Shown here: positions 17,457 through 26,290 of the stretch, piece after piece
How the letters are laid out: every line of letters starts with the position of its first letter
Position numbering within the stretch: the stretch's first letter is position 1
DNA from: a virus
Lineage: Duplodnaviria; Caudoviricetes
Direction: 5' to 3' (one strand)
DNA length: 64,000 nt
Virus record (IMG/VR): IMGVR_UViG_3300028887_000085
Span: 47,111-111,110 of that record
Position numbers and translations under genes: made by a program
Notes under the pieces: generated by a model
What the model saw: only the letters and a program-made list of their open reading frames with translations
Told to the model about the DNA's origin: nothing
Database searches by the model: none

Positions 17457-18372
17457 ATTCAAGCTGACCACAGATCTTGCGCCGGTCAAAAGGATGACCC
17501 TGGACGCGAACTTCGCGGAAGTGGAAGCACAGCTCAAAGAGCTGATGTCCCCTTACGAAAAGCTCGTTCTTCGGGAGGAGGACATCGCCGAAGGGAAGAA
17601 TCTGCTGGCGAGAATCCGAAAGGTGAAATCGTCCGTTGACGAATACCGCAAGAGCGTCAAGCGCGACTTCACCGCGCCGCTGACCGCCTTTGAAGAGAAG
17701 TGCAAGGCGCTGACCGCCGTCTGCTACGAGAGCGAGACCAACCTCTCCGAGCAGATCAACAAATTCACCGAGCAGCGCAAGGCGGAGAAGCTGGCAGCGC
17801 TCCGGGAATACTTCGATACCCACGTCTCCGAAATGGCGGATTTCCTCACCTATGAGCAGATCGAAAACCCCAAGTGGGGCAACGTCACATTTACAGCCGA
17901 AGCGGCGCAGAAGGAGATCGAACAGGCGATTGATATGTGCGCCGACGGCGTGAGCGCCATCCGTGGAATGAACAGCGAATTCGAGGCTACCCTGCTGGAC
18001 CGCTACGCCAAGACGCACGATCTCGCCGGGGTGATGAAGCTCAACGGGGAACTGGCGGAAAGAAAGCGCCGGGAGGAAGAGCGGAAGGAAGCCCAGCGCA
18101 AGGCGGAAGAGGAAGCGCGGGAAAGAGCGGAAGCCGCACGGAAAGCCGCCGAAGAGGAACGGGCGCGGCAGGCGGAGGAAATGCGCAGGCAGATGGCCGC
18201 GATGCCCCGCGAGCCGGAGCCTCCCAAGGCAGAGCCTGAACCGGAGAAGCCGGAGACGCCCAAGGAGGAAACGCGATACAGCATCACCTTCCGCGTGGAC
18301 GCCACCCGCAAACAGCTTTTGGAGCTGAAGGAAGCCTGCGACCGCATCGGCATCAGGATCATGAGGGTCTGA
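17443..18372 (+). CDS. DUF1351-family coiled-coil protein
   Basis: NF.E....L; RK.VK..F..PL..FE; typical position next to YqaJ. Confidence 0.75.
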   Translation: MPDLEFKLTTDLAPVKRMTLDANFAEVEAQLKELMSPYEKLVLREEDIAEGKNLLARIRKVKSSVDEYRKSVKRDFTAPLTAFEEKCKALTAVCYESETNLSEQINKFTEQRKAEKLAALREYFDTHVSEMADFLTYEQIENPKWGNVTFTAEAAQKEIEQAIDMCADGVSAIRGMNSEFEATLLDRYAKTHDLAGVMKLNGELAERKRREEERKEAQRKAEEEARERAEAARKAAEEERARQAEEMRRQMAAMPREPEPPKAEPEPEKPETPKEETRYSITFRVDATRKQLLELKEACDRIGIRIMRV

Positions 18373-18374
18373 CC

Positions 18375-18578
18375 GTGGCGGCGGCGAAAAAGAAGACGGA
18401 ACTCACCCTGCCGGAGAAGGGCTTGCGCTTTGAAGTCAGAAACGCCAACGGAGCGGTCATGGCGCAGACGGATTACCCGTCGTGCTACCCCGACCGCGCC
18501 AGACGGGACGAACTGCGCAAGGCCGGTTACAAGCTCTATCTCGGCGGCAAGGTTTTCCGGGAGGAGAAGAAGAAATGA
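18375..18578 (+). CDS. Phage hypothetical protein
   Basis: M.T....C.P......L.KAGYKLYL.GK. Confidence 0.55.
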   Translation: MAAAKKKTELTLPEKGLRFEVRNANGAVMAQTDYPSCYPDRARRDELRKAGYKLYLGGKVFREEKKK

Positions 18579-19018
18579 TCTGGATTGGGATTGACCCCGG
18601 CGCGAAGGGGGCAATGGCGCTCTTGGGCGTCAAGGACGGACCGGAGATTATCCCCTTCGACCAGCAGAAATACATCGACCGGTTGTGGATGTATCAGATC
18701 GAAGGCTTCGACATGATCTGCTGCATCGAGGCAGTCCACAGCATCAGCGGGCAAGGCATCGCCTCCAGCTTCAAATTCGGAACCGCTTACGGCTGGCTGC
18801 TGGGGATGCTGGACTCTATCGGCATCCCTTACCAGCCCATCACCCCGCAGAAGTGGAAGAAGGAGTTTGGCCTCAACTCCGACAAGGCGGCGTCGGTCGA
18901 AGTGTGCAAGAGGCTTTACCCAAACGTGAGTCTTCTGCGGACGGAGCGAAGCAGGAAGGAAGACGACGGGATGGCGGAGGCTTTACTTATGGCTACCTAC
19001 GCCTATCGGAAATTTTAG
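18575..19018 (+). CDS. RuvC-like Holliday junction resolvase
   Basis: IGIDPG, IE.V, PQKWKK, DGMAEALL. Confidence 0.85.
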   Translation: MIWIGIDPGAKGAMALLGVKDGPEIIPFDQQKYIDRLWMYQIEGFDMICCIEAVHSISGQGIASSFKFGTAYGWLLGMLDSIGIPYQPITPQKWKKEFGLNSDKAASVEVCKRLYPNVSLLRTERSRKEDDGMAEALLMATYAYRKF

Positions 19019-19033
19019 AAAGGGTGCTGGGAA

Positions 19034-19381
19034 ATGGCAAGCTCAAATAGCAAATTCACGCCGGACGAGCTGGAGAGCATCTTCATCTGGGATCTGCTCT
19101 GCGAAGCCATACCTCTGACGGCGGAGGAACGGCGGGATATCCGCGAGCGCGACACCTATGCGTCCACCGGGAATGTTTCGACGGCCCGCGTCAAAAAGCC
19201 ATTGACCGAAGAACAGCGCAAGGCGAAGAACGAAGCCAAGCGCCGCTGGCGGGAAGAGCACAAGGAGCAGATCGCCGCTTACCGGGAAGCCCACCGGCAG
19301 GAGATCAGAGAGAGGCAGAGGGCTTATGACCAGGCAAAAAGCAAGAGCAAACGAACCCAAGTCCAACAGACGCAGCCGTGA
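19034..19381 (+). CDS. Charged-repeat protein, paralog-like to 15581-16159
   Basis: FTxxEL...D N-terminus and HKEQIAAYREAH repeats. Confidence 0.55.
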   Translation: MASSNSKFTPDELESIFIWDLLCEAIPLTAEERRDIRERDTYASTGNVSTARVKKPLTEEQRKAKNEAKRRWREEHKEQIAAYREAHRQEIRERQRAYDQAKSKSKRTQVQQTQP

Positions 19382-19883
19382 AGAAGCGGAACTGCTTTTC
19401 CGGGAAAATATGCGGCTCGTTTACTTCGTCGCCAACAACATGGATATCACCGTCAGCGACGACGTGATCCAGGACGGGTACATGGGCCTCTGGAAAGCGG
19501 CGCTCAAGTACGACCCGGAAAAGGCGCAGAGCTTCGCTACCTATGCCGTTCCAGCCATCAGAAACAGCATCGCCTATGCCCGCAGGGCATCATTGCGGAA
19601 CCTGCAGCCGGAGATATCCCTCAATCAGCAAATCGACGGAGACGACGCCCGGATGCTGATGGATACCGTGCCGGACGAAAAATGGGACCATCCCGTGAAA
19701 AACACGGAATTCCGCCTGTTTATCGACAAGGTGCTTACCGCCGAGGAAAAGCGCATCGCCCTCATGCGGGCAGACGGAGCCAGCCAGCGGGCAATCGGCG
19801 CGGTCTTCGGGCGCTCGGACGCCTGGGTGATCGAGCGGCTGAATCGGATCAAAATGAAATTAAAACGCGAAACGAAAGGATGA
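19326..19883 (+). CDS. Sigma-70-family RNA polymerase sigma factor
   Basis: Region 2 QDGYMGLWKAALKYDP..SFATYAVPAIRN; region 4 SQRAIGAVFGRS. Confidence 0.8.
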   Translation: MTRQKARANEPKSNRRSREEAELLFRENMRLVYFVANNMDITVSDDVIQDGYMGLWKAALKYDPEKAQSFATYAVPAIRNSIAYARRASLRNLQPEISLNQQIDGDDARMLMDTVPDEKWDHPVKNTEFRLFIDKVLTAEEKRIALMRADGASQRAIGAVFGRSDAWVIERLNRIKMKLKRETKG

Positions 19884-20953
19884 TAATTTTGGCAAGACTC
19901 AATAATTCCCTCGCTCCCAGCGGAGCGGGAGCCATCACGAATGCAGACGATAAATTCAGCGTGGCGATCCGTAAAGACTATTTGCAAGATATGATCCACA
20001 AGGCTACGCCGGACGCGCAGAGCGCGGCCAGACTCACCGGCAGCCTGATTTCCCTCGTGGCCTCCAACACGGAGCTCCAGAAGTGCAGCCCCGCCTCCAT
20101 CGTGGCGGCTGCGCTGCGGGGCGAAGGTCTCGGCCTCATGCTGGGCTTCGGCTATTACGTCGTGCCCTACGCCGGTACTGCCCAGTTTCAGCTTGGCTAC
20201 AAGGGTCTCATAGCGATGGCGATGGCGGGCGGCGACGTAGCGGACATGGACTGCGTGGAGGTCAGGGAAGGTGAATACGTGGGGCGCAACCGCAGGACCA
20301 AGCGCCCGGAATTCGACTTCTCCCTTTACCAGACTGACGCGGAGGCGGAGCAGCACCCGGTCATCGGCTATTACGCCTACATCGAAAAGCGGGACGGCTT
20401 CTTCCGGTCTGAGTACATGTCTATCGGCGCGATCATGGACCACGCGGAGCAATACAGCAAGACCTTCGACCGGGCGAAATACCGCCAGCTCATCAGCGGC
20501 GAAATGAGCCCCGAAGACGCCGAGCGGCTGAAGAAGAAGTCCCCGTGGTACAGCGCCACAGAGACCATGATGAAAAAGACGGTGATCCGCCGTCTGCTGA
20601 ACAGCGGCTATGTCCAGCTCCGCACCATCGGAGAGATCAAGAGCGTTGTGGAAGCGGAGGACACCGCCATCAGCGACGCGGAAGCCATCGCCACCTTCGA
20701 CGTTATGGACGTGGACCCCAGCACCGGGGAAATCCTCAGCCAGTCCACCCAGGTGGCCCCTGAAGCCGCAGAGAGCGCAGAAAAGGCGGAAGCTGTCCCG
20801 GCACCTGCCAAAGAGAAATCTGCGACACGCGGCGGCAGGAAAGCGCAGGAGAACAAAAACGAGCCGAAGGACGTGGAATACACCGAGGTCAAGCCCGTGA
20901 CGATCACGGCAGACGACGAAGACGCGGCGCTTTCCGGCTTTTTCTCCGACTGA
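19880..20953 (+). CDS. recT: RecT-family ssDNA annealing protein
   Basis: YYVVPY..AQFQLGYKGLI, M.KKTVIRRLL. Confidence 0.88.
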   Translation: MIILARLNNSLAPSGAGAITNADDKFSVAIRKDYLQDMIHKATPDAQSAARLTGSLISLVASNTELQKCSPASIVAAALRGEGLGLMLGFGYYVVPYAGTAQFQLGYKGLIAMAMAGGDVADMDCVEVREGEYVGRNRRTKRPEFDFSLYQTDAEAEQHPVIGYYAYIEKRDGFFRSEYMSIGAIMDHAEQYSKTFDRAKYRQLISGEMSPEDAERLKKKSPWYSATETMMKKTVIRRLLNSGYVQLRTIGEIKSVVEAEDTAISDAEAIATFDVMDVDPSTGEILSQSTQVAPEAAESAEKAEAVPAPAKEKSATRGGRKAQENKNEPKDVEYTEVKPVTITADDEDAALSGFFSD

Positions 20954-20982
20954 CGAAACCGTGACAGACAGGAGGCGAAATT

Positions 20983-21465
20983 GTGGGCGGACAGTTTAAG
21001 ACGCTGGACAAGGACGCGACGCAGGGTGATCCCCGCGACCCGAAAACAAGAAAAGTTTTCGACGCTATGACCTGGGGAGAAATCTCCAAGGGACCGGATT
21101 TCGGCGTCCGCACAAAGGACGGCACGGAGAGGATCACCTTCGGCATTCGATGGAGAAAGCACGTCTTTTGCAACTGCATCGTGCTGCGCAAGGACGCACC
21201 CTACGCTTACGAGATCGCCTCTCGTCTCCACATCGGAGACCCGGTTGCGGTCATCGGGCGTATGCGAGAGTACAGCTATACACCGCAAAAGGGGAGAAAC
21301 GCAGGGAAGACAGTGAGCGGGCAGGACATGCGGGTGCATTCGATCTTCCCGCTCCGGATGCTGGCCTCGTTTACAGCCATGATGGACAGCGGAGAAGCGC
21401 CGGACCTCATGGAATCCATTGCGGATTTCAACCCGGATATCGAAGTGGAGGAACCGGAATGGTGA
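20983..21465 (+). CDS. OB-fold SSB-like protein
   Basis: L..GDPVAVIGRM.EYSY; acidic tail. Confidence 0.5.
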   Translation: MGGQFKTLDKDATQGDPRDPKTRKVFDAMTWGEISKGPDFGVRTKDGTERITFGIRWRKHVFCNCIVLRKDAPYAYEIASRLHIGDPVAVIGRMREYSYTPQKGRNAGKTVSGQDMRVHSIFPLRMLASFTAMMDSGEAPDLMESIADFNPDIEVEEPEW

Positions 21466-22124
21466 GAAAACTTATATTGCCTATCCTGGCAATAATTTGC
21501 ATCGCAGCGTCGCTGGCGGCGGGATGCGGTGTTCGGAAAGAAATACCGGAAGAGACGCCTGCGCCGACGCCGGAGCTTCTGGTCATCGAGAATGTGCGCA
21601 CGGAATATGTGGAACTCCGGGAACCGGTTTTCATCGAAGTCCCCGTCATTGTGGAAAAGATCGAATATGTGACCGTGAAAGAAACCGTCACGGAATACGT
21701 CAAGCAGTATGTGGAGGTCCCCTGCGGGACTGTCGGTAGGACGAGCCGATACGCAGGAATCGAACTGTCGGCGTGGGACGAAGAACTGCTGGCGAGACAC
21801 GCATGGCGGGAAGCGCGGGGAGAAGGAATCCTGGGAATGCGTATGGTGATCGAAGTCGTTCTCAATCGCGTCCTCAGCCCCCATTTCCCGAACACGGTGG
21901 AGGAAGTCCTGTATCAGCCGGGGCAGTTCACGCCATACGGCGGTGCGCTGGAGCTAGAGGATATCACGCCGACTGAAGCGCAGTATGAGGCAGTGTCGAT
22001 GGCTCTGAGCGAAACCCCTGTCACGGACGAGGACGTGGTATTCTTTGCCACCACGCCGCTTTACGGAGAGATATTCCTGCACGTCGGCGGTCATTACTTC
22101 ACGCATTACCCGACGAATTGGTGA
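21459..22124 (+). CDS. SleB/CwlJ-like cell wall hydrolase with signal peptide
   Basis: EARGEG..G...V..VVLNRV...FPNTV..VLYQPGQF; N-terminal hydrophobic stretch with LAAGC. Confidence 0.85.
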   Translation: MVRKLILPILAIICIAASLAAGCGVRKEIPEETPAPTPELLVIENVRTEYVELREPVFIEVPVIVEKIEYVTVKETVTEYVKQYVEVPCGTVGRTSRYAGIELSAWDEELLARHAWREARGEGILGMRMVIEVVLNRVLSPHFPNTVEEVLYQPGQFTPYGGALELEDITPTEAQYEAVSMALSETPVTDEDVVFFATTPLYGEIFLHVGGHYFTHYPTNW

Positions 22125-22142
22125 GGAAGGAGAGCGACGGAA

Positions 22143-22595
22143 ATGGCATTTATTCCTACGGGAGGAATCGTCAAGCTGTCTCAAAAAGGGCGGCTCGTAT
22201 ACGGCGAGGTGTCGCGGGAACCCCAGCTCGTACAGATGAAAAACGGAAACTACTTCTCCAAATTCAGCGTCGTGGCCGGGGCGGACGAGAAGGGCGAAAA
22301 ACGGTATATCGACTGTAAGGTGTTCGGAAGCGGCCTTGTGAACTACTGCAAGGACCTTCAGCGCGGAGACCCCTTCTGCGGGATCGGAGACCTTGAAAGC
22401 CGGGAATACAACGACAAGACCTACTGGGATCTGAAGCTGGCATGGGCCAACAGCCCGAACGTGGTGCCAGACATGGGACAGACGGCTGATGCGATGGCGG
22501 CAAGCGTCAATGCTCCGTCGGCGCAGGCACCAGACGGAGGCGGGCCGCAGTTCTACGAAGCGGACGACGATGATGAAGGTGAACTTCCGTTCTGA
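22143..22595 (+). CDS. ssb: Single-stranded DNA-binding protein
   Basis: OB fold and DDDEGELPF tail. Confidence 0.8.
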   Translation: MAFIPTGGIVKLSQKGRLVYGEVSREPQLVQMKNGNYFSKFSVVAGADEKGEKRYIDCKVFGSGLVNYCKDLQRGDPFCGIGDLESREYNDKTYWDLKLAWANSPNVVPDMGQTADAMAASVNAPSAQAPDGGGPQFYEADDDDEGELPF

Positions 22596-22608
22596 GGAGG
22601 CATGGAGC

Positions 22609-23253
22609 ATGGCAATCTATCGAAATATCAGCATGAGCTTCTGGACGGACTCCAAGGTGGACGACGATTTCACACCGGAGGACAAATACTTCTATCTTTA
22701 CCTTCTCACAAACCCCCATACGAACATCTGCGGTTGCTTCGAGATAAGCATGAAACAGATGTGCCGGGAGACCGGGTATAACGAAGATACTGTCCGTCGG
22801 CTGCTGGACCGGATGGAACACCAGCACGAGGTCGTCCGCTACTCCCAGGCCACGAAAGAGGTGCTTATCGTCAACTGGCATAAGTACAACTGGCCTGGCA
22901 CAAACGGAGGACTGAGTACCGTATATACAGTGGCAAAGTCTGTGAAGGAAAAATCATTCAGGGATTATTTGGCGCTTATGCTCAACAAGCATTCTTATTA
23001 CGTGGATATCATCCCGTATGAAGAACCTGAAAAGCGCAACGAGAGGCTTTCCAAAGAATACGCTCATTGGAGAATGGCGGTTTTCAAAAGAGACAGATTC
23101 TGCTGCAAGAATTGCGGAACAACTCAAAATCCACTCAATGCTCATCATAAGCAGCCGTGGGCAAAATATCCTGACCTTCGCTATGACATCAATAACGGCA
23201 TCACTCTCTGCGAAGGCTGCCACAAGAAAATTCACCGCAGAAAAGGAAAATAA
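22609..23253 (+). CDS. Replisome-organiser N-terminal domain fused to an HNH nuclease domain
   Basis: FWTD....F.PEDKYFYLYLLTNP; C-terminal RD.FCC..CG...HH..P...NGITLC..CH. Confidence 0.75.
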   Translation: MAIYRNISMSFWTDSKVDDDFTPEDKYFYLYLLTNPHTNICGCFEISMKQMCRETGYNEDTVRRLLDRMEHQHEVVRYSQATKEVLIVNWHKYNWPGTNGGLSTVYTVAKSVKEKSFRDYLALMLNKHSYYVDIIPYEEPEKRNERLSKEYAHWRMAVFKRDRFCCKNCGTTQNPLNAHHKQPWAKYPDLRYDINNGITLCEGCHKKIHRRKGK

Positions 23254-23255
23254 CT

Positions 23256-23951
23256 ATGCCGAATCGAATCCTTAAAGAAAGCATAAGGACAAGTAAAAAG
23301 GTGAATGCTCTGTCGGATTTCGATTATCGGGTTTGGTCGTATCTCATCACGTATGTGGATGATTACGGACGGGGAAGCGCCGATCCTGAACTGCTGAAAG
23401 GCATCGTGTTTCCACGGCGAAAGGGTATTACTGAAGCCCAGATCAAAAAGGCAATAGATAATCTGGCGAGTGCCGGTATGGTGATTCTCTATGAGGTAGA
23501 CGATGAACTGTACCTGTACTTTCCGAATTGGTCGAAGCACCAGCAGATCAGGGCGAAGAAGAGCAAATACCCGGAGCCTGAAAACATCTGCAATCAAGTG
23601 ATATCAGACGATGGCAATAGTCCCCGTAATCGAGAATCGGAATCGAATACGGAATCCGAATACGAATCGGAATCGAATACGAATAGTGCCCGCGCAAGCG
23701 CCAGCAGATTCAAACCGCCGACGGTGGAAGAAGTCGCGGACTATTGCAGGGAGCGCAAAAACCGCGTCGATCCGCAGAGATTCGTTGACTACTACACGGC
23801 AAACGGATGGAGAGTCGGGAAGAACGCGATGAAAGACTGGAAAGCTGCCGTGCGGACTTGGGAGAAAAACGACAAGGGGAACGGCGGAGGAGGAAGCACG
23901 AAGCCGTTCAAATACGAATACGGAAATGACGCGGACACGCTTCCGTTCTAG
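23256..23951 (+). CDS. Replication initiator (replisome organiser)
   Basis: MPNRILKESI..S; FKPPTVEEV..YC; MKDWKAAVRTWE. Confidence 0.85.
   Translation: MPNRILKESIRTSKKVNALSDFDYRVWSYLITYVDDYGRGSADPELLKGIVFPRRKGITEAQIKKAIDNLASAGMVILYEVDDELYLYFPNWSKHQQIRAKKSKYPEPENICNQVISDDGNSPRNRESESNTESEYESESNTNSARASASRFKPPTVEEVADYCRERKNRVDPQRFVDYYTANGWRVGKNAMKDWKAAVRTWEKNDKGNGGGGSTKPFKYEYGNDADTLPF
23634..23684 (+). repeat. Iteron-like repeats (probable phage origin) inside the initiator gene
   Basis: GAATCGGAATCGAATACG at 23634 and 23664 plus GAATCCGAATACG. Confidence 0.7.
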
Positions 23952-23964
23952 GGGGTGAGAAGAA

Positions 23965-24822
23965 ATGCTGACGAGCTTCGGAGATATCGTCCGGAAATCG
24001 CTGGAATCGGTGATCGACATGCCTGCGACGGAGGAAGCGGGGGACTTTCGGGACGAGGAAGGGATGCTCTGCTGCGGGAAATGCGGGAGACCGAAGGAAG
24101 CGAAGGTCGAGCTCTTCGGCATATTGCGGACGGTGCCCTGCGCCTGCGCCTGCCGCATGGAAGAATGGAACCGGAAGGAAGCGGAATTCAAGGAGCGTCA
24201 GCGCCAGATCGCCATTCGCCAGCTCCGGGTCAACGGCATACAGGACGAGGGCCTTCGGGACCGGCGATTCGATGAAGCGGAAATGACGCCGCAGCTTGAG
24301 CGATGCAGATACTACGCGGATCACTTCGAGGAATTCAAGGCGGAGAACATCGGTATGATATTCTGCGGCCCCGTCGGTAACGGAAAGACCTTCGCCGCCG
24401 CCTGCATCGCCAACGCCCTGATCGACAGAGGCATCCCCGTGCTCATGACGAGCTTCCCCCGCATCCTCAACTCCGGATACGAGAAGAACGACCTGGTGCG
24501 GGAAGCACAGGCATTCGACCTCGTGATAATCGACGATCTCGGTACGGAGCGGCAGAGCGAATACGCGCTGGAAACGGTCTACTACTTCCTGGACGAGCGG
24601 TACAAAAGCGGAAAGCCCACCATCATAACGACCAACCTTGGGAAAAGCGACATCGAAAACCCGCGCAACATGGACTATAAGCGCATCTACGACAGAGTGC
24701 TGGAAATGTGCCTCCCCATGACCTTCCCTGCGCGTGACCGGCGGAAGGAAATGGCGGAAGCGAAAGGCAGACGGGCGAAAGAACTCATGAAGAAGATTTC
24801 CGACGCGGAAACCGGGGAGTGA
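23965..24822 (+). CDS. DnaC/IstB-like helicase loader ATPase
   Basis: GPVGNGKT, IIDDLG.E, TTN, RIYDR. Confidence 0.9.
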   Translation: MLTSFGDIVRKSLESVIDMPATEEAGDFRDEEGMLCCGKCGRPKEAKVELFGILRTVPCACACRMEEWNRKEAEFKERQRQIAIRQLRVNGIQDEGLRDRRFDEAEMTPQLERCRYYADHFEEFKAENIGMIFCGPVGNGKTFAAACIANALIDRGIPVLMTSFPRILNSGYEKNDLVREAQAFDLVIIDDLGTERQSEYALETVYYFLDERYKSGKPTIITTNLGKSDIENPRNMDYKRIYDRVLEMCLPMTFPARDRRKEMAEAKGRRAKELMKKISDAETGE

Positions 24823-25211
24823 ATGCCATGAGCTACGGGACCAGATACAGCCGCCACCGGGGATGGTGGGGATACATGAAGTTTATCGTGAGGAAATACG
24901 GATTCCTTTACGACACGGAGACGGAAGGGATGGAAAAGCGGGAAATGGAGGCCGTGGCCCGCGCCATCGACACGACGCTCGACCTTCGTGACGGGCGGAA
25001 CCGCATCGAACTCATCGAGCTCATATTCTGGAGGCGAAGCCACAATCTCGCAGGTGCGGCGCTGAAGCTGGGAGTATCGGACCGGACGGCGCTGCGGTGG
25101 CACGGGGAATTCATCAAAGCCGTGGCGCGGGAATTCTTCGGAGACGACGCAATCGACTACGAGAAGAAGGAAAACACGGAGGAAGAAAATGAAAATCAAA
25201 GTCAAGCTTGA
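24819..25211 (+). CDS. RinA/ArpU-like late transcription regulator
   Basis: C-terminal HTH GAALKLGVSDRTALRW; position at the end of the replication module. Confidence 0.55.
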   Translation: MNAMSYGTRYSRHRGWWGYMKFIVRKYGFLYDTETEGMEKREMEAVARAIDTTLDLRDGRNRIELIELIFWRRSHNLAGAALKLGVSDRTALRWHGEFIKAVAREFFGDDAIDYEKKENTEEENENQSQA

Positions 25212-25608
25212 CCCCGGAAGCTATCTCCCGACGAAGGGCCACGAGGACGACGCGGGATGGGACCTGTACGCAAAAGAATCCTTTACCGTTCCGGCAGGCG
25301 GGAGCGCCGTACATGACACCGGCGTACACATGGCGATCCCCAAAGGCTATTGCGGTCTGATCGTAAGCAAAAGCGGCCTGAACGTGAAAAAGAACATTAC
25401 CTGCCGGGGATTAGTGGACGCCGGTTACGTTGGCAGCATCGTGGCGAAGCTGGATAACAGCGACGACGGAAGAGCCCATGCGTTCAAGGCCGGGGAGAAG
25501 ATCACACAGATCGTCATTCTTCCAATCCCTGATGTGGAGCTGGAAGTCGTGAGCGAACTGGAAGAGACCGAGCGGGGAAGCGGCGGCTTCGGGAGCACCG
25601 GGCGCTGA
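25189..25608 (+). CDS. dut: Trimeric dUTPase
   Basis: AGWDL, SKSGL, GLVDAGY.G, ITQ, RGSGGFGSTG. Confidence 0.93.
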   Translation: MKIKVKLDPGSYLPTKGHEDDAGWDLYAKESFTVPAGGSAVHDTGVHMAIPKGYCGLIVSKSGLNVKKNITCRGLVDAGYVGSIVAKLDNSDDGRAHAFKAGEKITQIVILPIPDVELEVVSELEETERGSGGFGSTGR

Positions 25609-25991
25609 TGGAATTTGACACGGAACGCGACGCCGGGAAGCTGTATTGGGTAAAAGACGGAGAGTACCGGGAAATTGGGAAAATTTCAGACATGTCTCTT
25701 GAAACCATTGCGGAACCAACCGACGAGGACGCGAAAGAGTTCCCCATATTTTTCCCAAAAGATGCGGAGTTCTCCATAACGGTAGATGTCACCTCAGTTT
25801 GGCCGGAAGCCGTCACAGAAAAGCTGAAGCTCAAATGTAACAGCCGAAAGAAATTCAAGAAGCTGTTAATGAGCGTCGGATATAGCAGAAACGAAGCGGA
25901 GCTTTATCCGTTTTTTGCGGTTCCTGCTTATGGAAGCTACCGAAAAGCGTGGAAAGCAACGGTACTCTCCACGGTGGACTGGGTGTTCTGA
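25608..25991 (+). CDS. Phage hypothetical protein
   Basis: Coupled ORF; SRKKFKKLLMS.G.SRN. Confidence 0.55.
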   Translation: MEFDTERDAGKLYWVKDGEYREIGKISDMSLETIAEPTDEDAKEFPIFFPKDAEFSITVDVTSVWPEAVTEKLKLKCNSRKKFKKLLMSVGYSRNEAELYPFFAVPAYGSYRKAWKATVLSTVDWVF

Positions 25992-25992
25992 C

Positions 25993-26193
25993 ATGGCTCA
26001 GAGGATCAAGTGCGAAGTCTGCGGAAACGCCTACTACGACAGCGTGGCCGGGGAGTGCCCATTGAAGCCTGGGCATTTCATCTGCATGTACTGCTGCCAC
26101 CGCAAACGCAAGCGTAGCTATCTGTGGAATGGGATGCAGCGGTGCAAGGCAAAGGAAGAAACAAAAGGAAAACGCAAGGACGAACAAAAATAG
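25993..26193 (+). CDS. Small Cys-rich protein
   Basis: CEVC...CP....ICMYCC. Confidence 0.5.
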   Translation: MAQRIKCEVCGNAYYDSVAGECPLKPGHFICMYCCHRKRKRSYLWNGMQRCKAKEETKGKRKDEQK

Positions 26194-26220
26194 AACTTGG
26201 CATTAAAACGCAGAGCGGCA

Positions 26221-26272
26221 CTATCAGACTGATAGCGTGGAGCATTGGAAGCTTCGCGCTATCAGTCTTTTT
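26221..26272 (+). terminator. Strong terminator just upstream of the late operon, overlapped by a CTATCAG-A-CTGATAG palindrome
   Basis: AGACTGATAGCGTGGAGC/GCTTCGCGCTATCAGTCT then TTTT. Confidence 0.7.
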
Positions 26273-26290
26273 GTTTATCGGAGGGATACG

